Assembly: GCA_964447335.1 (NCBI GenBank)
Contig: CAYUSA010000009.1
Coordinates: 3,345-67,344, forward strand
Reading direction: 5' to 3'
Length of the DNA: 64,000 nt
From: an uncultured Actinomycetes bacterium
GTDB taxonomy: Bacteria; Actinomycetota; UBA4738; HRBIN12
Positions 51,505-61,861 of the stretch are shown one piece after another. Within the stretch, counting starts at the first letter, position 1. Each line of letters starts with the position of its first letter. Under the pieces are notes generated by a model that did not search any database, was not told where the DNA came from, and was given only the letters and a program-made list of their open reading frames with translations. Both the position numbers and the translations under genes were made by a program.

Positions 51505-53302
51505 CGTCCCGTGGGTCGAGCCTGCCCGGACGTTGCCGAGCCAACTGGCGAACAGGCCGGCGTAGACGCCGCCTTCCGCGAGGAGCTCGCGGTGGGTCCC
51601 GCGTTCGACGATCCGGCCGCCGTCGAACACGAAGATCGTGTCGGCCCCCTCGGCCGTGGACAGGCGGTGGGCGATCGTCACCGTCGTCCTGCCGACGGAT
51701 AGGCGGCGCAGGGCCTCGGAGATGCGGCGCTCGGTGGCCGGGTCGATCGCGCTCGTGGCCTCGTCGAGGATCAGGAGGCCGGGGTCGCCGATCTGCGCCC
51801 GCGCGAGCGAGACGAGCTGGCGCTCGCCGCCGGAGAGCGTGTGCCCGCGCTCGCCCAGGACGGTGTCGAAGCCCTTCGGCAGCTCGCGGATGAAGCGGTC
51901 GGCCTGCGCGATCGTCGCCGCCCGCTCGACCTCCTCGCGCGACGCGTCGGAGTCGAGCGCGATGTTCTCGGCGACCGTGTTCGCGAGCAGGAAGCTCTCC
52001 TGGAACACCAGGGAGACGGCGTGCCGTAGCGACGCCGCGTCGACGTGATGCAGGTTCACGCCGCCGAGCAGGATCTCGCCCGAGGTCGGGTCGTCCAGCC
52101 GCACGAGCAGCTGCGCCAGCGTGGACTTGCCGACCCCCGTCGGCCCGACGAGCGCCACCGACTCGTTCGGCCGGACGTCGAACGTGACCTCGTCGAGCAC
52201 GCGGAGGCCCTCGAACGCGTACGAGACGGCCTCGGCACGGACGTCCAGCGGCCCGTCGGGGAGCACGACCGGCTCGGCGACACGCTCGATCGTGATCGGC
52301 TGCTCGAGCACCTCCACGATCCGGCCGTGGCCGACAACCGCGCGCGGGAGCTCGGACAAGATCCAGCCGATGAACCGCATCGGCCAGGCGAGCATGCCGA
52401 ACAGCGTGACGACCTGGACGAGCGTCCCGATGCTCACCGCGCCCGTCGACACGCGCCACGCGCCGACCGCGAGCAGCACCGTGATGGTGAGTGAGGGCAG
52501 AGCCTCGAGGGCGGGCTCGAACCCTGCGCGGACGAAGCCCGCATCGACGCGCTCCTTGCGGAGCTGCTCGGCCTTGGCGTGCAGGCGGTCGACCTCGGCA
52601 CGCTCGCGACCGAGCGCCTTGACGACGAGCGCACCGTCGATCGACTCGTGCGCGATGGCCGAGACGTCGCCGATCCGCTCCTGCGCACGCTGCGCGGGCC
52701 CCTGCATCCGTCGCGCGAAGCGCGGTTCATCAGCGCGAGCGCCGGCACCATGAGCAGCCCGATGAGCGTGAGGAACGGATCGGTCGCGATCAGCGAGACG
52801 AGCGGGAAGAACACCAGGAACGCACGCCGATCGCGAACGGGATGGGGTAGAGGACGTCGATCGCGGCCTCGACGTCGGCCTCCATGTGCGCGAGGAGCTC
52901 CCCGGTGGGCGTCCCGCGGTGGTACGCGAGCGAGAGGTCCCGGTACCGGTCCGAGACGCGCTCGCGGAGCGTGGCGCCCACGGCGGAGCCGAGCACCCCG
53001 CTGAAGTAGCGGCGCACGCCGATGCCCGTAGCGCGCAGGCACGCGAGCCCCATCACTGCGCCGATCGCGAGCCAGACCGTGCCGGCGCTCACGCCCTCCC
53101 GAAACGCCGGCCGCAGCACCCGGTCGGTCACCCGGCCGAGCGCGACCGATACCCCGATCGAGGAGACCGCGAACAGGAAGGCCCCGCAGGCCGAGATGAC
53201 GAACGGCTTCGGGTGCGCCTTGATGTACGAGCCGACCAGCCGCATCCCGCGCCCGAACAGCCCTCGGGCGCCCGCTCGGTCCTGGGTCTCGGCGTGCATC
53301 AC
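51490..53302 (-). pseudogene. ABC exporter with fused TMD and NBD (MsbA/MdlB-like), split over three reading frames by two apparent frameshifts
   Basis: The N-terminal TMD occupies the frame 53302→~52870. The middle segment (VFFPLVSLIATDPFLTLIGLLMVPALALMN) is in a second frame. The third frame holds the TMD end and the NBD (Walker A GPTGVGKST, LSGGERQ, Walker B LLILDEATSAID). Joining the three frames restores a continuous ~600-aa exporter. Confidence 0.55.
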
Positions 53303-53330
53303 CCCATGATGGATCCCGTGACGGAGCGCG

Positions 53331-53729
53331 TCAGGGCTGCCTGGGGCGCCGGCGCGCGATGTAGCGCGTGACCATCAGTGCCACGACGACGAGGAGCAGG
53401 ACGACGGCGACCGAGACGGACGTGACGCCCGCCTGGATGAACACGACCGCGCACGAGAGCGTGATGAACAGCCAGAGGGTCACGATCGCCGCGCGCTTGG
53501 CCCGTGGCGGCATCTCCGCCTCGCCGAGGAACCCCGCGACGTAGGGTCCGAGGCGCGGGTGCCCGAGGAGCCACGCGTGCAGGCGCGGCGACGAGCGGAC
53601 GAAGCACGCCGCAGCGAGCAGGAGGAAGGGGGTCGTCGGCAGGACCGGCAGGACGATCCCGGCCGCCCCGAGCCCCACGCACACGATCCCCGCGACGGTC
53701 AGCGCGATCCGACCCACCCGTGAGTCCAC
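53331..53729 (-). CDS. DUF454/YbaN-family inner-membrane protein
   Basis: ...LGAAGIVLPVLPTTPFLLLAAACFVRSSPRLHAWLL... is the YbaN signature. It has four TM helices. Confidence 0.7.
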   Translation of the reverse strand: MDSRVGRIALTVAGIVCVGLGAAGIVLPVLPTTPFLLLAAACFVRSSPRLHAWLLGHPRLGPYVAGFLGEAEMPPRAKRAAIVTLWLFITLSCAVVFIQAGVTSVSVAVVLLLVVVALMVTRYIARRRPRQP

Positions 53730-53910
53730 CGACCGGCCGCTCGAGCGTTCGTCCCCGATGGTTCGATGCTACCGGCGCCGGGTGGGCGCGGTCGAGTGCT
53801 CTCCCTCGACCGCTGTATCCACCCCTCGGACGGACCGATACACGAGGAGGGACGGTCGCCGCTTCGAGCGACGCCGCCCGGTTCCGATCGAGGGCGAGAT
53901 CGGAGGCACC

Positions 53911-54258
53911 ATGCAGGCTCCGACGTCGAGCGCACCGCCCGGGGAACGGATCCGCGTGGGCGACTACCTGTGGCGGCGCAAGCTGTTGATCGCCGGGGTC
54001 GTGGTGGCCGCGACGTTCGGGTTCGGCTCGTTCGTGTTCGATCGGCTCCAGTCCAGCATCGAACCCGCGCATCCGACGTTCATCATGCGGATCTCGACGC
54101 GCGGTGCGAGCGGCAACTTCGACGCGGTCACGGCGAACCGCGGCGACCGATCCTCCGCGGCGACGTGCACGGTCGAGGCGTTCGGCATCTACGGGAACAC
54201 GGTCGGCACCAAGGTGTTCGGTCTCGGCCGGCTGGCCCCCGGCGAGCCGCTCGAGTGA
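53911..54258 (+). CDS. Hypothetical membrane-anchored protein
   Basis: It carries one TM helix (LLIAGVVVAATFGFGSFVF) and I recognise no family. I used the internal start. Confidence 0.3.
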   Translation: MQAPTSSAPPGERIRVGDYLWRRKLLIAGVVVAATFGFGSFVFDRLQSSIEPAHPTFIMRISTRGASGNFDAVTANRGDRSSAATCTVEAFGIYGNTVGTKVFGLGRLAPGEPLE

Positions 54259-54415
54259 CGCGGTCACATGAAGGTCAGCGCGCGCGTGGAGCGATGAGCA
54301 TCGGCTGCCGGTAGCGATCGAGGGGCGAACTTTGCCGCGAGGACGGCCGCCCGGGGACGAGGTCCTGATGGAAGTCGTGTCGTGGGCCTGCACGTTCAGC
54401 AGTGATACTGGCTAG

Positions 54416-54841
54416 GTGATCGCTCCTCTGCGCGTGACGCGCTCGATCGTCGTGCCGGAGCGCGAGCTGCGGTGGCGGTTCAGCAGGTCCTCGGGGCCGG
54501 GTGGTCAGTCGGTCAACACGGCCGACTCGCGGGTCGAGCTCAGCCTCGACGTGGCGCGAACGACGGCGCTCGGTCCCCTACAGCGGGCTCGAGCGCTGGA
54601 GCGGCTGGCGGACCGGCTCGTCGACGGCGTGCTCACGGTCTCCGCCTCGGAGCACCGGTCGCAGCTACAGAACCGCGAGGCCGCGCTCGAGCGGCTCGCC
54701 CAGGTCCTAGCGGCGGCCGTCGCACCCCCGCCGCCCCGGCGCCGACCCACGAAGCCGAGCCGCGGGTCCGTCGAGCGCCGACTCGCCGACAAGAAGCGGC
54801 GAGCGCGCACCAAGAAGCTACGCCGGGCCGACGAGGACTGA
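54416..54841 (+). CDS. arfB: Alternative ribosome-rescue factor / peptidyl-tRNA hydrolase
   Basis: GGQ motif in ...RSSGPGGQSVNTADSRVEL..., followed by a basic C-terminal tail (KKRRARTKKLRR). Confidence 0.8.
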   Translation: MIAPLRVTRSIVVPERELRWRFSRSSGPGGQSVNTADSRVELSLDVARTTALGPLQRARALERLADRLVDGVLTVSASEHRSQLQNREAALERLAQVLAAAVAPPPPRRRPTKPSRGSVERRLADKKRRARTKKLRRADED

Positions 54842-54887
54842 GGCTCGGGCTCAGCCCACCGGCTCGAGCGCGAGGCGTCCCGGCCGC

Positions 54888-57800
54888 TCACGCGCCGAGG
54901 TCGGCGAGCCCGTCCTCGACCTCGAACAGGAACGCGCGGGCGTCGCAGTCGGTCAGCACCTCGCGGGCGCGTTCGAGCACCGGTCCGGGATCCTCGCCGA
55001 TCCGCGCCATCGCGCGGCCGAGGTCGACCATCGCGCGCGCGGCGTCGATCCGCAGCCCGAGCTCCTCGAGCGCCGCCACACCCTCCTCGAGGAGCCGGCG
55101 TGCCTCGGTGGGCTCCGGCGCGAGGAGCCCCTCGACCAGCGCCGCGTTGGCTCTCGCGGCGGGCGAGCGCCCGTGCTCGGACAGGTCGCGGTAGCCCTCG
55201 GCCTCGCCCGAGCGACCGGCGCGCAGGAGGGCGCGGACGAGGTCGGTGAACGCCTCCGAGATGGACTCGACGTTGAACGCCCGGAGCTGCTCGACCATGG
55301 TTCCGAGCGAGTCGGCGGCCTCGTCGTTCGCGCCGCGCGCGAGCGCGAGGTACGCCTCCATCATCGGGATGAAGATCTGGCTCTGGGGCTCGGGGTTCCC
55401 GTCCAGGATGGGGATCGACTCGCGGTGGATCGCCTCCGCCTCCTCGTGCCGGCCGCGGAACAGGACGACCGCCGCGAGCGCGGTCAGCCGCATCCCGCGG
55501 AGCGGCTCGTCGCCCACCTGGACCGCGAGCTCGATCGCCTCGCGCTGGAGCGCCTCCGCCTCCTCGAGCCGCCCGAGCCGGAACAGCCCGTCGCCGAGGC
55601 TGCCCTTCAGCCACCCCATGTTCCAGCGGGCGCCCGCGCGCTGCGCGAGCTCGAGTCCCTCGCGAAGCACCTCCTCGGCCCGCCGGTAGTCCGAGGCGAG
55701 ATCCCCGAGGAGCGAGGGCAGGTTGTTGCAGCACCGCATCAGGTTCGAGAATTCACCGACCTCCTTCGCGAGACGGTAGGCCTGCTCGATCGTCTCGATC
55801 GCCTCGGCCGAGCGACCCGTCTGCGCGAGGCACACGGCGAGCGTCTGCATCGACTCCGCGTGCACGAGGGGCGAGTCCACGCGGACGGCCATCTCCACGG
55901 CGCGCCGAAGCAGCGGCTCCGCCTCCACCTCTCGTCCCCGACGCCACAGGTACCAACCGAGCCGATGCAGGGCGTCGGCGAGCTCCGCCCGTTCCCCAAG
56001 CGGCTCGAGCGCCGCGACCGCGGTCCGTCCGGCGCGCTCGCACTCCTCGTCGCGGGCCAGCGTGAGCAGCGGGAAGACGAGGCGGGCATGCGCCCACCCG
56101 ACGCCGACCGGGTCGCCGATCGTCTCGTACGTCGCGAGCGCCCGGCGGACGACGCGCTCGGTCTCGGCCACCGGGTCGGTTCCCCACGAGGCGTCGACGT
56201 GGGAGCGCACGAGCGCGATGCGTTCCTCCGGCGCGAGGTCGAGCTCGTCGGCCAGGCGTTCGGCCTCGCGGAACCATCGCGTCGCCTCGGCCCGCAGCCA
56301 TAGCGCGGACGTGCGCTCCCCGGCCGCCCGCGTCCATCGGAAGGCGCTGCGGCGCAGCTCGTCGCGCCGCTCGCCCACCTCGCCGAGCTCGTCGAGGTAG
56401 CCGAGGGCCTCGAGCAGGTGGGCCGCGATCAGCTCGGCGATCTCGTCGGCGCGGTCGCCCGCGCGCTGCTCGGCCCACCGCGCGACGCCGGCGTGCTTGT
56501 CGGCGCGGAGCGCCTTCGGCAACGAGTCGTAGGCGCCGTCGCGGATGAGGTTGTGGCGGAACGAGAACTCGTGCTCGTCGGAGAAGGACGAGGGCTCGTG
56601 CGGCAGGACGAGCTCCTTCACGCGCAGGCGCCCGAGCGCGTCGCGGACCTGCTGCACGGTCTTGCCGGTGAGCTCGGCGACGGCCCCGACCCAGAACACG
56701 CGGCCCACGACGGCCGCGTCCTGGAGCGTGGCCTTCTCGTCCTCGGGGAGGCCGTCGAGGCGCGCGGCGATCAGGCCCTGGACCGAGCGCGGCAGCTCGA
56801 CGTCCTCGACGGGTCGCGCCACCTCCCACCTGGCGGACTTCGTGGCGCGGAGCACGCCGTCGTCGATCAGCTTGCGGACGATCTCCTCGACGTACAGCGG
56901 GTTGCCCTCGCTCCGCTCGAGGATCGCGCGTTTCAGCTCGGGCGCGACCTCCGTGGAGAGCAGGTCCTCGAGCATCGCGGCGCCCTCGGTCTCCGAGAGC
57001 GGGTCGAGGTAGAGCGAGACGGCGTTGCGCTTGCCGCCGCCCCACGTCGGGCGCGTCTCGAACAGCTCGGCGCGCGCCGTCGCGAGGAGCAGGATCGGGC
57101 CCTGCGCCCAGTCGGCGACGTGCTCGACGAGATCCAAGAGCCCCTCGTCGGCCCAGTGGAGGTCGTCGAGGAGGACGACGAGCGGGTACCGCGCGGCGAG
57201 GCGCTCGAGGAACCGGCGCCACGCCTCGAACAGGTCCTCGCGGCTCATCGCGCGCGCTTCGCCGGCGCCGACGAGCGCGCGGATCTGCGGCGCGACGCTC
57301 TCGTCGCCGAACAGCTCGCGGGTCGCGGTGTCGGCCTTCTTGGCCGCTACCTCGGCGGCGTCGTCCTCGAAGATCTCGCACTGCGCCTTGATCGCGTCGG
57401 CGAACGCGGAGTACGAGGTGTTGCCGTACGCGAGGCACCGGCCACGGCGCCAGTACACGACCTGTGGGAGTCCCTCGACGTGGTGCTCGAGCTCGGCGAC
57501 GAGTCGGGACTTGCCGACACCGGCCGGTCCGACGATCGTCACGAGCGCCGGCCGGCCCTCGGTCTCGACGCGGCGGAGCGTCTGCTTCAGCACGGTGAGC
57601 TCCTCGTCCCGCCCGACCAGGCGAGCCTCCAGGCCGAGCCTCGGCCGTTCGCCGCGCGTGCGCGCCTTGATGCGGAGCGCGCGCCACGCGGGGACCGGCT
57701 CGGCCTTGCCCTTCAGCGTTAGCGGCTCGAGCTCGCGGTACTCGATCACGTCCTTCGTGCTCGCGTAGACGGCGGGCCCCACGACGATGTGGCCGGGCTC

Positions 57801-58322
57801 GGCGGCGGTCTGCAATCTGGCCGCGGTGTTCACCGCGTCGCCCGTCAGCATCCGGTCGCGAGCGCCCGAGGCGCGCTCGACGTCCACGAGCACCTCGCCC
57901 GCCTCGACGCCGATCCGCATCGCGAGCGTCGGCTTGCCCTCGGCCGCGAAGCCGCGGTTCAGCTCGGACAGGACGGCCTGCGCCTCGAGGGCGGCGCGCA
58001 CCGCGCGCTCGGCGTCGTCCTCGTGCGAGCGGGGCACGCCGAACACGGCGAGCACGGCGTCCCCCATGAACTTCTCGAGCAGCCCCTCGTAGCGGCCGAT
58101 CTCCTCGGAGAGGCGGTCGAAGGTCCGGCCGACGACCGACTGAACGACCTCGGGATCCTCCTGCTCGGCGAGCGCGGTCGAGCCCACGAGGTCGGCGAAC
58201 AGCGCCGTCGCGAACTTGCGCTCCTTGCGCCGGACCTCGGCAGGCGCGAGGGCGGCCCCGCACGCGTTGCAGAACCTCGAGCCCTCGAGGTTCTCGGTTC
58301 CGCAGGATGGGCACACGAGCAC
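54888..58322 (-). CDS. Multidomain signalling protein: zinc ribbon, class III adenylate/guanylate cyclase (CHD), AAA/NB-ARC-type ATPase and TPR repeats
   Basis: MLVCPSCGTENLEGSRFCNACG (Zn ribbon); FADLVGSTAL...FMGDAVLAVFG...GVEAGEV (CHD); GPAGVGKSRLVAE (P-loop); and ~500 aa of TPR-like helical repeats. Confidence 0.8.
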   Translation of the reverse strand: MLVCPSCGTENLEGSRFCNACGAALAPAEVRRKERKFATALFADLVGSTALAEQEDPEVVQSVVGRTFDRLSEEIGRYEGLLEKFMGDAVLAVFGVPRSHEDDAERAVRAALEAQAVLSELNRGFAAEGKPTLAMRIGVEAGEVLVDVERASGARDRMLTGDAVNTAARLQTAAEPGHIVVGPAVYASTKDVIEYRELEPLTLKGKAEPVPAWRALRIKARTRGERPRLGLEARLVGRDEELTVLKQTLRRVETEGRPALVTIVGPAGVGKSRLVAELEHHVEGLPQVVYWRRGRCLAYGNTSYSAFADAIKAQCEIFEDDAAEVAAKKADTATRELFGDESVAPQIRALVGAGEARAMSREDLFEAWRRFLERLAARYPLVVLLDDLHWADEGLLDLVEHVADWAQGPILLLATARAELFETRPTWGGGKRNAVSLYLDPLSETEGAAMLEDLLSTEVAPELKRAILERSEGNPLYVEEIVRKLIDDGVLRATKSARWEVARPVEDVELPRSVQGLIAARLDGLPEDEKATLQDAAVVGRVFWVGAVAELTGKTVQQVRDALGRLRVKELVLPHEPSSFSDEHEFSFRHNLIRDGAYDSLPKALRADKHAGVARWAEQRAGDRADEIAELIAAHLLEALGYLDELGEVGERRDELRRSAFRWTRAAGERTSALWLRAEATRWFREAERLADELDLAPEERIALVRSHVDASWGTDPVAETERVVRRALATYETIGDPVGVGWAHARLVFPLLTLARDEECERAGRTAVAALEPLGERAELADALHRLGWYLWRRGREVEAEPLLRRAVEMAVRVDSPLVHAESMQTLAVCLAQTGRSAEAIETIEQAYRLAKEVGEFSNLMRCCNNLPSLLGDLASDYRRAEEVLREGLELAQRAGARWNMGWLKGSLGDGLFRLGRLEEAEALQREAIELAVQVGDEPLRGMRLTALAAVVLFRGRHEEAEAIHRESIPILDGNPEPQSQIFIPMMEAYLALARGANDEAADSLGTMVEQLRAFNVESISEAFTDLVRALLRAGRSGEAEGYRDLSEHGRSPAARANAALVEGLLAPEPTEARRLLEEGVAALEELGLRIDAARAMVDLGRAMARIGEDPGPVLERAREVLTDCDARAFLFEVEDGLADLGA

Positions 58323-58429
58323 GGGGGAACACTACGCCCCGGAGCCTCCGCCGGGGGAGTCCCGGGCTCGCGGACGCCGAACGCGGTGCAGGAGGATGAT
58401 GGCGGGGGACACGGGAGGAGGGAGACGCC

Positions 58430-58642
58430 GTGACCGAGAGCATCTACCGCGTCACCGAGGTCATCGGGACGAGCCCCACGTCGTGGGAGGACGCCGCGAA
58501 GAACGCGGTCGAGACCGCCGCGAAGTCGCTGCGCGACCTGCGGGTCGGCGAGATCGTGAAGCTCGACCTCACCATCGAGGACGGCCACGTGGCGCACTAC
58601 CGGGCCCGGGTCAACATCTCGTTCAAGTACGACGCGACCTGA
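58430..58642 (+). CDS. Dodecin-family flavin-binding protein
   Basis: The 70-aa MTESIYRVTEVIGTSPTSWEDAAKNAVETAAKSLRDLRVGEIVKLDLTIEDGHVAHYRARVNISFKY carries the dodecin fold signature. Confidence 0.75.
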   Translation: MTESIYRVTEVIGTSPTSWEDAAKNAVETAAKSLRDLRVGEIVKLDLTIEDGHVAHYRARVNISFKYDAT

Positions 58643-58810
58643 TCCGCGCCACGAAGAAGAGTGACAAGAACGCGGTTCCCGGTTTGACGCCGTCGCCGCG
58701 GCACCGGTAGATTGCGCGGTGAGAGACCGCTGGAGCCTTCGGGCCCCGGCGGTTTCTCACTTTCCGGGCCTCGTCGAACCGCCCGCGCCTCCCGGTACCC
58801 TTCCCGCGCG

Positions 58811-59812
58811 ATGCGCTCCGACGCCGACTTCGAGCCCCTCCTCACCGAGCGCCTGCTGCTCCGCCGCTCGCTCCCCGAGGACGCCGAGGCGATCTCCGCG
58901 TACCGCAGCGACCCCGAGGTCCACCGCTACCAGGGGTGGGAGCGGACCGATCCGCAGAGCATCCGCGCGGAGATCCGAGAGATGGCCGGCCGCGTGCCGG
59001 GGGAGCCCGGGGGGTGGGTGCGACTCTCGGTCCTGGAGCGCGACGGCGGCCGGCTCGTCGGCGACGTCGGCCTCAGCGGCGCCGAGGGCGAGCCGGACGT
59101 GGTCAAGGTCGGCTACACGATGGCGCCGGCCTTCCAGGGCGCGGGCTACGGCACCGAGGCGGTCGGCGCGCTCGTCGACTACGTGTTCGACGTCCTGCGC
59201 GCCAACGTCGTGCGTGCGTACGCCGACGAGGAGAACATCCCCTCGATCCGCGTCGCCGAGAAGGTCGGGATGCGCCGGGTCGAGCGGTTCGAGCGCCGCT
59301 ACGGCGACGAGCTTTGGCACGGCGTGCGCTACGAGCGCCGTCGCTCCGAGCACGCCGGCTTCGTCCCCGCGGCGTTCGTGCCGCCGGCCGGGATGGCGAC
59401 CGACGCCCTCGTCCTCGAGCCGCTGGGCCCGGAGCACAACGAGCGCGATCACGCCGCGTGGATGTCGAGCATCGAGCACATCCACGCGACGCCCGGCTTC
59501 GACGATCCGAGCCGTCCCGATCGCTGGCCCGAGCCGATGACCCTCGGCGAGAACCTCGCGGACCTGGAGATGCACGCTCGGCACTTCGCCCGTCGCGAGG
59601 GATTCACCTATACCGTGCTCGACCCCGCGACGCGAGACGTGATCGGCTGTGTCTACATCTACCCGGCGGAGGACGGCGTCCACGACGCCTCGGTCCGCTC
59701 GTGGGTCCGGGTCTCGCACGCGCGCCTCGACGCGCCGCTGTGGCGCGCGGTCTCGGACTGGCTCGAGCGCGACTGGCCGTTCGAGCGCGTGGCTTACGCA
59801 TCGCGCGACTGA
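58811..59812 (+). CDS. GNAT-family N-acetyltransferase, tandem or extended
   Basis: ...LLLRRSLPEDAEAISAYRSDPEVHRY...GDVGL...GYTMAPAFQGAGYGTEAV... is a RimJ/RimL-like GNAT. The C-terminal half is more divergent. Confidence 0.7.
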   Translation: MRSDADFEPLLTERLLLRRSLPEDAEAISAYRSDPEVHRYQGWERTDPQSIRAEIREMAGRVPGEPGGWVRLSVLERDGGRLVGDVGLSGAEGEPDVVKVGYTMAPAFQGAGYGTEAVGALVDYVFDVLRANVVRAYADEENIPSIRVAEKVGMRRVERFERRYGDELWHGVRYERRRSEHAGFVPAAFVPPAGMATDALVLEPLGPEHNERDHAAWMSSIEHIHATPGFDDPSRPDRWPEPMTLGENLADLEMHARHFARREGFTYTVLDPATRDVIGCVYIYPAEDGVHDASVRSWVRVSHARLDAPLWRAVSDWLERDWPFERVAYASRD

Positions 59813-59868
59813 CCGATCGCGGTTGCCGTCCCCGCGCCGGCACAGGAGGATGTGGCCGGAGGTGCCCG

Positions 59869-60372
59869 ATGCCCCGCAGCCTCATCACGCTCGTCGGGTT
59901 GACCCTGCTCGGGATGCTCGTGGTGGCGCCATCGGCGTCGGCCTACGAGGTCCGGGGGTACGACCCCGACGACCGGCTCGCGTACGGCACCGACCCCGAC
60001 ATCCGCTCGACGATCCTGCGTGTGGAACCGCGCGAAGACGGCAGGTACCTCGTCCTCGTCGTGCGCGCCTACGAGGTGCTCAGCGACTGGTGGCGCATCG
60101 AGGGGCGCCTGGACGCGCAGGGTGAGCGCCGCGCCGAGCACATCATGACGCTCTGGAACGCCGACACGGGTGGGCTCGGCTGCTCGATCCATCCTCGGCG
60201 CGACCACGACGCCGAGCGCGGCGCCTTCCACCAGAACGGCAGAGCCGGCCGCTGCCGCGTCCCCATCCGGCTCGTGAAGCCCGACAAGCCGATCCGCTGG
60301 AAGCTCGTCTCGGAGTCGGCGTACGGCGAGGGCGAACGCGAGCTCGCCCCCAACGCCGGGATGTACGAGTAG
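59869..60372 (+). CDS. Hypothetical secreted protein
   Basis: The signal peptide is MPRSLITLVGLTLLGMLVVAPSASA. I recognise no family. Confidence 0.45.
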   Translation: MPRSLITLVGLTLLGMLVVAPSASAYEVRGYDPDDRLAYGTDPDIRSTILRVEPREDGRYLVLVVRAYEVLSDWWRIEGRLDAQGERRAEHIMTLWNADTGGLGCSIHPRRDHDAERGAFHQNGRAGRCRVPIRLVKPDKPIRWKLVSESAYGEGERELAPNAGMYE

Positions 60373-60465
60373 GCGCGGGTCGCGCCGAGCGGCTCCCGGG
60401 CCGCGTTGCGCTCGGGCGCGCCTCGGGCGGAGACTGGTCGTCGTCCACAACCAGGAGGTCGGAGC

Positions 60466-60936
60466 ATGCGGAGAGGAAGCGCCATGCTGGCGGCAGGGGC
60501 CGTGTTGGCAGCGACGGCGATCACGGCGTCGCTCATCTCGGTTGCGGCCGCGGGGCCGAACGTGACGAGGATCCAGGTGATCGAGCACGCGACGACGGAT
60601 ACGGTCGTCGACCTCGAGGCGAACGGCGACTCCTCGGGCGACCTGCTGACCTTCCACAACGAGGTCTTCGACGAGACCAACCAACACGTGGTCGGCACCG
60701 ATCAGGGCGACTGCGTGCGGATCGAGGTCGGCGTGAGCTGGGAGTGCCGTTGGGTGACGATCCTCGATGACGGCTCGATCACCGTCGAGGGGCCGTTGTT
60801 CGACGCGGCACCCTCGGTCCTTGCGGTCACCGGCGGCACGGGCGTCTTCCGCAACGTGAGCGGGAGCATGCGGCTCGTCGCGCGGGACGAGACCGGGGCG
60901 GAGTACGACTTCGTCTTCCGGCTCCTCATGTCCTGA
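60466..60936 (+). CDS. Hypothetical secreted beta-rich protein
   Basis: Signal peptide (MLAAGAVLAATAITASLISVAAA). The mature domain is ~130 aa and beta-rich; I recognise no family with confidence. Confidence 0.45.
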   Translation: MRRGSAMLAAGAVLAATAITASLISVAAAGPNVTRIQVIEHATTDTVVDLEANGDSSGDLLTFHNEVFDETNQHVVGTDQGDCVRIEVGVSWECRWVTILDDGSITVEGPLFDAAPSVLAVTGGTGVFRNVSGSMRLVARDETGAEYDFVFRLLMS

Positions 60937-60953
60937 CGGAACCCGCCCGGTGA

Positions 60954-61223
60954 CTACGGGACCGCTTCGGCGTTGACCTCGAGCCACGTGCGCACGTTCG
61001 CCACGTGGGAGCGAGCCTCGGCGCTGTGCTCGCACACGCCGGGACGCCCGCACTGGGCGTTGCCTTGCATCGTGAAGAAGTTGAACCGGCAGTTGGGGCA
61101 GAAGACGTCGAGCTCCTCGGGGAGGTAGGGGCACTCGCCCCACGAGCAGGAGCGCTCCCCATCGCCGGTCGCGGGGTCGTAGCCGCAGCCGGGGCACCGC
61201 CGGAAGCCTTTCCAGCGTCGCAT
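60954..61223 (-). CDS. Small Cys-rich protein, a putative metal-binding zinc-ribbon-like protein
   Basis: The 89-aa MRRWKGFRRCPGCGYDP...CSWGECPY...FCPNCRF...CGRPGVCEHS has 10 Cys. A GGAGGA RBS lies 5 nt upstream. It follows the 61238..61852 gene after a 14-bp gap. Confidence 0.45.
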   Translation of the reverse strand: MRRWKGFRRCPGCGYDPATGDGERSCSWGECPYLPEELDVFCPNCRFNFFTMQGNAQCGRPGVCEHSAEARSHVANVRTWLEVNAEAVP

Positions 61224-61237
61224 GGAGTCCTCCGGCC

Positions 61238-61852
61238 CTAGTTCCGGAAGTCCCCCGTGACGTTCAGCTCGAGGAACCGGTCGCCGGCTCCCTGGATCGG
61301 GACGTAGACGCCCATGTCGTGCCAGCCGTCCATGCCCTCGTGCATCGAGAGCTCGAAGGTGAGGACCGTGGACTCGCCGGGAGCGAGCGTGCTCGCGCCG
61401 AGGACGAGCGGACCGGGGCAGCAGCCCTCGCGGACCTGGGCCTCGGGCTCGCCGAGCGTGACCTCGGTGCTCCCGGTGTTCGTGAGGGTCCAGAACGGCC
61501 GGACCGCGATGTCGAGCGGGACCTGGCCCATCGCCCAGTCGGCGCCCTGGACCGTGATGCCGCCGGCCGAGGCCGAGCCCGAGGCGTACCCCGGCGTCTC
61601 GTAGACGGGCAGGCCCATCGCGTTCATCTCGCCGGTCGGCGCGAGCGCGGAGGCGGCGGCCGGGACGGCGACGGCATCGGTGCCCGATCCACCGACCGGC
61701 GAGGTGCTCCCATCGGAGTTCGAGGCGACGAGGATGCCGGTGACGGCTCCGACGAACACGACCACCGCCGCGATCACACCGATCACCGCGAGGTTGCCGC
61801 CCGACCGCGGCTTCGCCCGCGTGGAACGCTGTGTGGTCTTCGTCGTTGTCAT
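61238..61852 (-). CDS. Membrane-anchored hypothetical protein with a Gly/Ser-rich linker and a C-terminal beta domain
   Basis: TM helix (LAVIGVIAAVVVFVGAVTGILVA). It has a CCPGP motif. Confidence 0.45.
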   Translation of the reverse strand: MTTTKTTQRSTRAKPRSGGNLAVIGVIAAVVVFVGAVTGILVASNSDGSTSPVGGSGTDAVAVPAAASALAPTGEMNAMGLPVYETPGYASGSASAGGITVQGADWAMGQVPLDIAVRPFWTLTNTGSTEVTLGEPEAQVREGCCPGPLVLGASTLAPGESTVLTFELSMHEGMDGWHDMGVYVPIQGAGDRFLELNVTGDFRN

Positions 61853-61861
61853 GGCTTCCCC

